64,000 bases of DNA, taken from an uncultured Thermodesulfobacteriota bacterium. GTDB taxonomy: Bacteria > Desulfobacterota > B13-G15. The stretch lies in the NCBI GenBank assembly GCA_964611295.1, contig CAZSWV010000002.1:8303-72302 (forward strand), in the 5' to 3' direction. Numbering within the stretch: position 1 is the stretch's first letter; each line of letters opens with the position of its first letter. Both the position numbers and the translations under genes were made by a program. The notes under the pieces were generated by a model. That model was given only the letters and a program-made list of their open reading frames with translations, did not search any database and was not told the origin of the DNA. This document shows, piece after piece, positions 48,320 through 55,995 of this stretch.

Positions 48320-49072
48320 TAAGTCCTTTAGGGTCTCCATGAGGATAAATCCAGCATTTTCTCGTATGCATAAATCAACGCTGTCATCATAAGCAGTTGG
48401 CTCTAAGTTGATAATGACAACCTTAGCGCCACTTCTCTTTGCAAGTAAAGGAATACCAGCTGCAGGATAAACTGTAAGAGAAGATCCTGCAGCTATAAGA
48501 AGGTCACAGGTATGTGCACAAAATTCAGCTTTCTTAAGGACATCCTGTGGGAGGGATTGACCAAAAGATACAGTAGCAGGCTTTAATAACCCGCCACAGT
48601 CCTCACAAAGCGGGATTTCTATTCCACGTTCTAACCATTTCTCTATTTCTACACTAGTGTAATTTTTCCCGCAACTAAGACAACGTACTTTGCGCGCATT
48701 GCCATGTAATTCCAAAACCAACTCTTCAGGTATTCCTGCTTCTTGATGCAACCCATCTACATTTTGGGTAATCACGCAGTATAGTTTTCCTATATCAAAT
48801 AATATCTTGCAAGCATGATGCGCAGCATTTGGTTTTGCTTGGTGCAAAGCTTTGAAAAATTCCTTGTACATTTTCCAGTACGTCTTTCTTGAAGATTCAC
48901 TTGTTAAAAATCTATGGAAATAGAAATCTTCAGGGTTATACTTCGACCACAACCCACTAGGTGACCTAAAATCGGGAATTCCGGAATCTGTACTTACCCC
49001 TGCACCTGTGAATATCACTACCTTTTTGGCTTCCTTTAGGTATCCCTTAAGCACGTCTATATAGTTCTTCAT
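48314..49072 (-). CDS. cobB: NAD-dependent protein deacylase (Sir2/CobB family)
   Basis: FTGAGVSTDSGIPDFRS, TQNVDGLH, ELHG, two CxxC Zn pairs, GSSL.VYPAA. Confidence 0.92.
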   Translation of the reverse strand: MKNYIDVLKGYLKEAKKVVIFTGAGVSTDSGIPDFRSPSGLWSKYNPEDFYFHRFLTSESSRKTYWKMYKEFFKALHQAKPNAAHHACKILFDIGKLYCVITQNVDGLHQEAGIPEELVLELHGNARKVRCLSCGKNYTSVEIEKWLERGIEIPLCEDCGGLLKPATVSFGQSLPQDVLKKAEFCAHTCDLLIAAGSSLTVYPAAGIPLLAKRSGAKVVIINLEPTAYDDSVDLCIRENAGFILMETLKDLS

Positions 49073-49360
49073 CTTCAGTGTAAACCTTTATAGTAATAGG
49101 TTTAGATCTAATTGTTGAAAGAAGTTGCTTTAATTTTTCCTCGAACTTTTCCAACTTTTGACTTTCAGGTATGCATTCTAAAACTATTGTGACCGTGTCA
49201 CCTTCTTTGAAGTGTATCCCGTAAACGATCCCTAGTCCTCTTAAGTATCCTTCGAGTTCGAGTTTTAACCTCTCGCGGTCTTTTGGGTCAATAGCTTTAG
49301 CGTCTGTGGGAAAGTAAGTGTGAATCCATCCCTTTTGTCTTTTGATGACCTTTACCCCAT
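49047..49360 (-). CDS. Unannotated ~100-aa hypothetical gene with no in-frame canonical start (ATG offset by one base in a G4 run)
   Basis: Open frame VKVIKRQKGWIHTYFPTDAKAIDPKDRERLKLELEGYLRGLGIVYGIHFKEGDTVTIVLECIP...YRRA*, stop overlapping the sirtuin start; ATG at 49360 reads ATG GGG TAA. Confidence 0.55.
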
Positions 49361-49454
49361 GTCCTTATCTCGCCTTGGGAGATGATTTTAGCAGAAGTAG
49401 AGGAAATGTTACAGACGTTGACAACGCCTTATCCCATAATCTAAATTAACACAA

Positions 49455-49530
49455 GGGCCGTTAACTCAGGCGGCAGAGTACCGGCCTTTTAAGCCGGGAG
49501 TCGCAGGTTCGAGTCCTGCACGGCCCACCA
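49455..49530 (+). tRNA. tRNA-Lys (UUU)
   Basis: GGGCCGT..ACGGCCC-A-CCA acceptor; anticodon arm CCGGC-CTTTTAA-GCCGG; GGTTCGAGTCC; 76 nt; TTGACA at 49418. Confidence 0.97.
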
Positions 49531-49540
49531 TGAGTTGGTT

Positions 49541-50302
49541 TTACCCAAGTCCATTCCAATAGAAAAGGACTAGAGCACAAGCTACAAGGGAAGCCGTTTC
49601 TGTGCGCAATATTCTGCCACCCAGGCTACAGGGGTTAAAACCTCTTAGCATTGCCTTGTTTACTTCTTCCTCGCTCCATCCGCCTTCAGGACCTACCATA
49701 ACGGCCACCTTGGAGGGCTTTTGATAATTGGCAATGGCTTCGCGTAATCTAGTCTTTGCTTTTTCGTAGAGCATTATCTTACAAAAGGTTTCGCCCACCA
49801 TCTTAATTGCCTCTTCAAAGCTGCAATAAGGGACCAAAATGGGCAAAAAGGCCCTTCTACATTGTTTAGCTGCTTTCAATATTATCGAAGGCCAACGATG
49901 AGCTTTTGGCTGTTTTGCTTCTCTCTCTTCAAGGCTTATCGAACGTGACGATTTGAAAGGGATAATGACGTGGACACCGAGCTCTGTTGCCTTTTGTATT
50001 ATGAACTCCATCCTTTCCTTGTCGGGTAAGGCTTGAAGTAACCAAAGTTCAAAAGGAGGTTCAGTAGGAGGTTGTTCTTCGAAGACAAAGGCTTTAGCTC
50101 CTTCTGATGTGATCTCAAGTAACCTCACGCGGAATTCCCTACCTTTGACATCGACTACAGTAACTGCTTCTCCTTTATGTGGTTCACGCAAAAGGAGGGC
50201 GTAAAAAGGGATACCTCTTATCCAAAAGGTCTCTCCTACTTCTAGTTCTGTGTCCAATGAGACTATGCGTGACTTATAGAATTCAGGAGACATTGCCTCC
50301 AC
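49541..50302 (-). CDS. RsmE-family SPOUT methyltransferase (copy 2, divergent N-terminus)
   Basis: QKATELG, AAKQCRR, VGPEGGW, LGGRILRTETA. Confidence 0.85.
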   Translation of the reverse strand: MEAMSPEFYKSRIVSLDTELEVGETFWIRGIPFYALLLREPHKGEAVTVVDVKGREFRVRLLEITSEGAKAFVFEEQPPTEPPFELWLLQALPDKERMEFIIQKATELGVHVIIPFKSSRSISLEEREAKQPKAHRWPSIILKAAKQCRRAFLPILVPYCSFEEAIKMVGETFCKIMLYEKAKTRLREAIANYQKPSKVAVMVGPEGGWSEEEVNKAMLRGFNPCSLGGRILRTETASLVACALVLFYWNGLG

Positions 50303-50924
50303 AGAAAACCCTTAAGAACTCCTTAAAGGGATTTGTGACCGCTATGTGCATCCCCCACGAGTAAAAGTGATCACAGCTTTCGACTATGTGAAGTCTTTTG
50401 GGCTCTGGTAGATCTCTATACCATTGCTCTAACTTCTCCAAAGGGCAGAGGTCATCTCGGTCACCTACAATTACGAGTTTTGGGCCTTTAAAAGCCATGA
50501 CCTCTTCAAAACCGTCCATTAAGAGAGGGGGTGAAACAAGTACGAGCATATCTATCCTTTGGTCTTCTCTGCTTGTCCTTGCAGCAACTATGCTACCAAA
50601 GGAATATCCAGCGACAACAAAAGGCCTTTCAGCACCTAAAGACGAGAGGTAATCTAAGGCTCCTTTTAGGTCTTCCTTTTCCTTTATACCTTCACCGTAA
50701 CTACCCTCGCTTTTACCTACGCCTCTGAAATTGAATCGCAAAGTGGTAAAGCCTTCTTCAGATGCGGCTTTTTTTAAGGCTTTTATCACTGGATTTCGCA
50801 TCTCGCCTCCATACAAAGGGTGGGGATGTAATAACACAACTGCTCCTTTGTTTGTACCCTTTTCTAGAAGTCCTTCAAGTACTACGGCATCTCTGGAGAC
50901 AAATGTCACAGGACTTTCGTGCAT
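50283..50924 (-). CDS. Alpha/beta hydrolase
   Basis: HPHPLYGG.M.N, RFNFRGVGKSEG, GYSFG nucleophile elbow, D and H of the triad. Confidence 0.88.
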   Translation of the reverse strand: MHESPVTFVSRDAVVLEGLLEKGTNKGAVVLLHPHPLYGGEMRNPVIKALKKAASEEGFTTLRFNFRGVGKSEGSYGEGIKEKEDLKGALDYLSSLGAERPFVVAGYSFGSIVAARTSREDQRIDMLVLVSPPLLMDGFEEVMAFKGPKLVIVGDRDDLCPLEKLEQWYRDLPEPKRLHIVESCDHFYSWGMHIAVTNPFKEFLRVFCGGNVS

Positions 50925-50928
50925 CTTT

Positions 50929-51675
50929 TTACCTCCTGTTATTCGTTTTTTGAGGATCTTCTAACTTTATAGCTTCTTCAGGTAGCATAATGGGTATGCC
51001 TTCTTCTATTGGATATAATAACTTACATTCTTCGCATACTAGACCTTCTTTAAGCAAGTGAAGATCTTTCCTGCATATAGGGCACACCATTATCTTTAAA
51101 AGTTCTTCGTCAAGCATCGTTCTTTTCTCCTTAATCTCTTGTGACAGTATCCAATAGACCCCTTCTAAGACGTTCTTTGCCACAAAATTTGGTTTATGCC
51201 CCCACCTCCATCTACGCCATGTTTCTTCCCCATAACCGGTGAGGACCAGAATACCTTTACCACCCACTGAAGCAATGGCTCCCACGTCTGAGTCCCGGTC
51301 ACCTATCATATAGGAGATTTTTAAGTTTATGCCGTACTTTATCGCAGCTCGAACTAATAAACCCGGACGGGGCTTTCGACACATACAATCATCTTCGGGA
51401 CCATGAGGGCAGACAAAAAGGTCGTCTAGATATGCGCCTTTTTCTTCAAAGGCCTTTAAAAGGTGTAGGTTTATCTCTTCCAATTTCTCTTCAGATACGT
51501 AACCCCTTGCTACTCCAGATTGGTTTGTGATGACGATAGCCAAAAATCCAAGGTTTTTTACAAGTCTTATTGCTTCTGGCGCCCCTGGTATTATTTCTAT
51601 CTGTTGGGGGTCGTTAAGGTAATCTTTTTCTTCTATCAATGTCCCATCTCTATCAAAAAATACCGCCCTCTTCAT
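50929..51675 (-). CDS. gmhB: D-glycero-D-manno-heptose 1,7-bisphosphate phosphatase fused to a C-terminal Trm112/YcaR-like domain
   Basis: FDRDGT, TNQSG, CPH...C.CRKP.PG, IGDR; C-terminal MLDEELLKIMVCPICR...CEEC..YPIEEGIPIML. Confidence 0.85.
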   Translation of the reverse strand: MKRAVFFDRDGTLIEEKDYLNDPQQIEIIPGAPEAIRLVKNLGFLAIVITNQSGVARGYVSEEKLEEINLHLLKAFEEKGAYLDDLFVCPHGPEDDCMCRKPRPGLLVRAAIKYGINLKISYMIGDRDSDVGAIASVGGKGILVLTGYGEETWRRWRWGHKPNFVAKNVLEGVYWILSQEIKEKRTMLDEELLKIMVCPICRKDLHLLKEGLVCEECKLLYPIEEGIPIMLPEEAIKLEDPQKTNNRR

Positions 51676-52607
51676 CTTCTCTTCTTTTCATAAAGCCTTC
51701 TAGCCAAGTTTAAAATGTAACTTTTTCCTTTAGGACCATCTTCAATACCTTGTATCCACCGCGCTGGTATTGCGTCCAGTCCATAGTAAGCCCCTGCAAG
51801 GGCTCCCGTCATGGCACCTATTGTGTCTGTGTCGCCTCCTACGTTTATAGCTGTGATGAGGGCTTCTTCAAAACTATCGGTGAACAAAAATGCCCCTATG
51901 GCTACGGGTACAGACCCTTTTGCACTTACGTCGCAAGGAAAGGCTTGAGATAAAAGGAATGAGCCCTCTGAAAGATCGGGAAAAGGGGAGGGTAGGGTAA
52001 CGAGTTTTTCTAAGGCATTGGTAAAGGTCTCCGAAATCGGTTTAACGTAACAGAAGATTTGCGAAAACAGTTCCTGAGAGGCCTTGGGTGCCCTTGCAAG
52101 GGACCAACGTGTAGCTAGGGCAACAGCCAAAGCTTGAGCCAAAGCACCTGCGATCGCTTCTGGATGTTTGTGAGTGATAATGGCACTGAGGAAGGCTTTT
52201 TCTACTAGCTTCTCTAAGTCATCGTAGAAAAAGCACCCGATAGGAGACACCCTCATCGCCGCACCATTTCCCCAACTGTCAGTGCCTACTTCCTCCCATC
52301 TAGCCCCTTCCTTTAAACGCCTTATAGCTAAAGCTGTCCGTGGCCCATAGCCTCGCCATGGGTTGAAGTTCTGAACGAATTTCGAAGCCAATACTTCAGG
52401 GGATAATTCTGGATCCTCACAAAGCGCTTCCATTACGGCGATCGTCATTTCGGTGTCGTCTGAATATCGGTTGGTCATTATGTCACTCAACAATCCATAA
52501 CGTTCAATTATAAATTCACGAGACATGCCTTCAACTGGTCTTCCCAATACATCTCCGACTGCACAACCTATCGCTACACCGTAGAAAATGTTTTCTAAGT
52601 TTGTCAT
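51672..52607 (-). CDS. ADP-ribosylglycohydrolase (DraG/ARH family)
   Basis: GDVLG.PVE, YSDDTEM, GNGAAMR, ITH, GGDTDTIGAM.GA. Confidence 0.9.
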   Translation of the reverse strand: MTNLENIFYGVAIGCAVGDVLGRPVEGMSREFIIERYGLLSDIMTNRYSDDTEMTIAVMEALCEDPELSPEVLASKFVQNFNPWRGYGPRTALAIRRLKEGARWEEVGTDSWGNGAAMRVSPIGCFFYDDLEKLVEKAFLSAIITHKHPEAIAGALAQALAVALATRWSLARAPKASQELFSQIFCYVKPISETFTNALEKLVTLPSPFPDLSEGSFLLSQAFPCDVSAKGSVPVAIGAFLFTDSFEEALITAINVGGDTDTIGAMTGALAGAYYGLDAIPARWIQGIEDGPKGKSYILNLARRLYEKKRR

Positions 52608-52948
52608 AACTTTACAACCAATTCGTAAGTGCCTATAGATACCTTATTAATAAGTCCTTCTTGCCATATCATCTCACTAACACGGCTTTTCCATTCTGCA
52701 GGTACCATAAGGATTAACCTTGGTCCAAGGGAGGCAAGGTCTTTCCATACCTTTGGTCGATCAATGTCCTTTAAACTTTCCTCGGTTTCTACTTGCACGA
52801 GGGCTACGGTTATGCCATGGCTTGCAAGGATTATGTCAGGATAAAATCCTTTATAGTCAAATCGTCTTTCACCAATGTTGGCTTTTATGTCCTTGTAATC
52901 TTTGAACTTTTTTTGAATTACCGATATCAGCCAATTTTTAAATTCCAT
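52604..52948 (-). CDS. Hypothetical protein, possible PD-(D/E)XK-like fold
   Basis: First gene of an overlapping operon; FYPDIIL...LVQVETEES motif. Confidence 0.6.
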   Translation of the reverse strand: MEFKNWLISVIQKKFKDYKDIKANIGERRFDYKGFYPDIILASHGITVALVQVETEESLKDIDRPKVWKDLASLGPRLILMVPAEWKSRVSEMIWQEGLINKVSIGTYELVVKL

Positions 52949-53066
52949 TTCGATACTCCAATATCTTGGTTTTATGGAAATCTTAACAAGGGCAGACCAA
53001 GCGAAGCAAGGGACAGGTGTTTTTATTCCTTGTAGGTCACAGGCTTTTGGTTTTAAAATTTTTACT

Positions 53067-54170
53067 ATGGAGCCGGTGAGATTATACGAAGAAGCGGAAG
53101 TCCTGCGCGAGCGGTGTAGGTTTAAAGAAGCCCTTGAACTTTACAAGGAGGCCTTAAGTTGCTTAGGACCTGAAGAAGGTTATGGTCGTCTTGAGGTTCT
53201 AAAGAGGATAGGTGACTGTTGTAGGATGCTCGGGTTCTTTGAAGAAGCAAAGAAGGCCTATAAGGAGGCCTTAGAGATAGCCATACAAGGTGGAGAAAGT
53301 GACTTGGAAGTAGCCGATGCTTTGGTTGGATTAGGCCTTGCCCAACGAGGCCTGGGTGAAATAAAAGAAGCTCGACATAATCTATTCAAAGCTTTAGAAC
53401 TTTATCAAGAGTACGACGACCCAGAAGGAGAAGCCTTCTGCCTATGGGCCTTGGGAGGTTTACTCAGGGCAGAGGGAGAACTTTTGAGAGCGAAGGAGGT
53501 CTTTGAAGATGCTGTCTTCCTTTTCGAACAATTAGAGGACGATAAAGGAAAGGCGTATTGTTATTGTGGGCTAGGAGGACTGACTCGTGTTATGGGCAAA
53601 TACGATCAATCTTTTTACTATTACAAAAATGCCAATCAATTATTTGAAAAATGTGACGATTTATTTGGTATGGCATATTCGTATTGTGGCATAGGCAATG
53701 CCTATAGGTTGAAAGAGAAGTATGAAGAAGCCCTTGCATATTTTGACAAAGCCACAACTTTATATAAAGAAATAGGAGATAAAGTATCATTTGCATGGAC
53801 AGTATGGTCAAAAGCAAATACTTATAAAATGTTACTTGCCTTAGAAAGAGGGCAAGAGGAACTAATTAAAGCAGAAGAGCTATTTGAAGAAACCAAAGAC
53901 AGAAGAGGCTTGATATTGTGTAAACTCAATCATGCTGAAATATTAAAGCTTAAAGGGGAAGATAATAAAGCAATAATTTTATGGAGGGAAGCTAAAGAAA
54001 TGGTATCAAATTCGCCGTTTAAATTAGAACAATGCCATGTTGAGTTATATCGATATCTCATGGAAAACAATCAAGACGAAGGAGTTTTTTTTGATATAAT
54101 AAAAATGTACAAAAAACTTGGATCTGAGTGGTTGAAGTCAAAGGTTTGGTTTCCCATTAACTTGCCATGA
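53067..54170 (+). CDS. Tetratricopeptide repeat protein
   Basis: Repeated ~40-aa units (A.AL.GLG...R..G....A...); start probably ATG 53067 (ORF opens at 52974). Confidence 0.82.
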   Translation: MEPVRLYEEAEVLRERCRFKEALELYKEALSCLGPEEGYGRLEVLKRIGDCCRMLGFFEEAKKAYKEALEIAIQGGESDLEVADALVGLGLAQRGLGEIKEARHNLFKALELYQEYDDPEGEAFCLWALGGLLRAEGELLRAKEVFEDAVFLFEQLEDDKGKAYCYCGLGGLTRVMGKYDQSFYYYKNANQLFEKCDDLFGMAYSYCGIGNAYRLKEKYEEALAYFDKATTLYKEIGDKVSFAWTVWSKANTYKMLLALERGQEELIKAEELFEETKDRRGLILCKLNHAEILKLKGEDNKAIILWREAKEMVSNSPFKLEQCHVELYRYLMENNQDEGVFFDIIKMYKKLGSEWLKSKVWFPINLP

Positions 54171-54670
54171 TTAGGATAGGGGTGATATCAGATACCCATT
54201 TACAGCGAGTTAATGAGCATTTCAAGAACTTGGTCCAAAAGTATCTCGATGCTTGTGACTATCTGTTTCACGCAGGTGACTTTGTAACTATTGAGGTATT
54301 AGAATACTTAAAGGATTTCATGAAGGATAATCTCATGGCTGTGTGTGGGAACATGGACAGAGGTGAACTTCAGTCGGTTTTGCCTAGGACGTGCGTATGT
54401 GAGTTTGAGGGTGTGAAGATAGGATTGGTTCATGGTTGGGGACCGCCTCAAGGGATTGAGGGGCGCCTTTTGGATTTATTTAAAGGGCAAGGGGTTAGGA
54501 TCATTGTGTTTGGCCATACGCATGCTCCTGCCAATTTCGAGAAAGAAGGAGTGATGTTCTTTAACCCAGGTAGTCCTACCGATAAGGTTTACGCAAAGGT
54601 GAACACAATCGGCATCCTGAAACTTGAAAAGGGTAAAGTGGAAGGGGAAATCGTGGAGGTAAAGGGGTAG
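54167..54670 (+). CDS. Metallophosphoesterase (YfcE/MJ0936 family)
   Basis: SDTH, HAGD, GNMD, HG, GHTH, NPGS. Confidence 0.92.
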   Translation: MIRIGVISDTHLQRVNEHFKNLVQKYLDACDYLFHAGDFVTIEVLEYLKDFMKDNLMAVCGNMDRGELQSVLPRTCVCEFEGVKIGLVHGWGPPQGIEGRLLDLFKGQGVRIIVFGHTHAPANFEKEGVMFFNPGSPTDKVYAKVNTIGILKLEKGKVEGEIVEVKG

Positions 54671-55194
54671 GTTGTATATCTCCAAAGGCCTTTCTTCTTC
54701 CTCTGTGCCTCAAGATAGGCTTCTGTAAGGGTAATCCTATACTTTTCATTGGGAGGGATAACCAAAAGTAGGGCATATCCCTCTCGCAGTAAGGTCTCGT
54801 TGACCATCCTGCCGTCTGGGAGCCAAGCGTATGCCAATATACGGCCGTATCGGTCCTTCTTTTCCACGTCATACTCCAATTGCAGTCTAGTGCCAGGGGG
54901 TGTTAAGCTCTCCAAAAATTCCTTTGCCTCCTTACCAGCCTTAAGGACTCTTTCGACCGAACCGAAATACTTCAGCTGTAGCTCCACTCGTCGATTTAAA
55001 ACCGCCTCAGGGGCATCCACCCCCAAAAGCCTCACCCGAAATCCGTCAGCACAAAGGATAGTGTCACCATCCACTATTTCACTAACCACACAATGCTGCT
55101 TGTGATAACGTTGAAAAATTAGTAGGGCCCCCAATAGGACTCCGAAAAGCAACCACAACCCCTTGGACTTTCGCTTCCTCATTCTAGTTCGCAT
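54589..55194 (-). CDS. Thermonuclease (SNase-like), membrane-anchored
   Basis: N-terminal TM segment, VDGDT, RLLGVDAPE, DRYGRILAY, VN..LL.EGYA, GLW. Confidence 0.9.
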   Translation of the reverse strand: MRTRMRKRKSKGLWLLFGVLLGALLIFQRYHKQHCVVSEIVDGDTILCADGFRVRLLGVDAPEAVLNRRVELQLKYFGSVERVLKAGKEAKEFLESLTPPGTRLQLEYDVEKKDRYGRILAYAWLPDGRMVNETLLREGYALLLVIPPNEKYRITLTEAYLEAQRKKKGLWRYTTYPFTSTISPSTLPFSSFRMPIVFTFA

Positions 55195-55218
55195 AAGAAA
55201 TATTATGTAAACTTAATT

Positions 55219-55443
55219 TTAGCGCCTTGCCAAAATTGAAAAGATCACGCTTAACAAAAGGCTTAGCAAAAGGCAAGTCACAATTGGGAAATAAAAGAAG
55301 AAGTTTTCTCTTTTGACAATTATATCACCTGGGAGTTTTCCTATAAAAGGAATCTTAGGCACGAATAAAAAGGCACAACCTACAAGGATTAAGATCGTTC
55401 CTAATATTAGGAAGAGTTTGCCTATTTCACCTATCGCACCCAT
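55219..55443 (-). CDS. DUF2905 family membrane protein
   Basis: IGKLPGDI....ENF.FYFPI.TCLLLS. Confidence 0.85.
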   Translation of the reverse strand: MGAIGEIGKLFLILGTILILVGCAFLFVPKIPFIGKLPGDIIVKRENFFFYFPIVTCLLLSLLLSVIFSILARR

Positions 55444-55448
55444 TTTTC

Positions 55449-55994
55449 TCACCTCCAGCTTCTCAGTTGTTTCCAAAACCTTTCTTTTTCACTGAAAATA
55501 CAACCACAGTAAGGTTGTCTATATAGACCAAGGCGTTTTGATTCCTCTATGCCTTCCTTCCAGCCTATCCTAAAATCCCTTTCTAAAAAGGGCACTTTAT
55601 AAACCTCAGCCATTTTCCTACCCACTTCGATTATCTTCTCGTATTTTTGGTACTTACTGTAAAGCAACGTTGTAGTAAATGCGTCGAATCCCTTCCTTAA
55701 AGCTGTACAAGCCGTCTCTTCAAGCCTCATCCAATAACATATCTCACACCTTTGCTCTTTTTTGGAAAACACCGCCTCTAGGAACCTTTCGAGTCCATAC
55801 TCATCTTCCCATATGATTTCCAAGCCGACTTTCGAGACGTACTCCTTAAGCGTCTCGCGCCGCCTTATGTATTCTAAGGCAGGATGGATGTTTGGATTAT
55901 AAAAGAAACCGACTACTTCATGCCCTTCTTCTCTCAATACCTTCAAAGGGTAGATAAGGCAATTAGCACAACAGATATGAATCAAGATTCTCAT
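55449..55994 (-). CDS. queH: Epoxyqueuosine reductase QueH
   Basis: HICCANC, YNPNIHP..EY..R, C..CY..RL, YRQPYCGCIFS. Confidence 0.93.
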   Translation of the reverse strand: MRILIHICCANCLIYPLKVLREEGHEVVGFFYNPNIHPALEYIRRRETLKEYVSKVGLEIIWEDEYGLERFLEAVFSKKEQRCEICYWMRLEETACTALRKGFDAFTTTLLYSKYQKYEKIIEVGRKMAEVYKVPFLERDFRIGWKEGIEESKRLGLYRQPYCGCIFSEKERFWKQLRSWR

Positions 55995-55995
55995 T

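Noticed and set aside
48314-49072. Sirtuin as a Thoeris/DSR-type defence NADase
   Set aside because: It has the full Zn-binding CobB deacylase motif set and size, and no defence partner genes are nearby
49407-49424. Possible third GlnR-like box (minus strand TGTCAACGTCTGTAACA)
   Set aside because: Only one good half-site and wrong spacing; the other half is the TTGACA of the tRNA promoter
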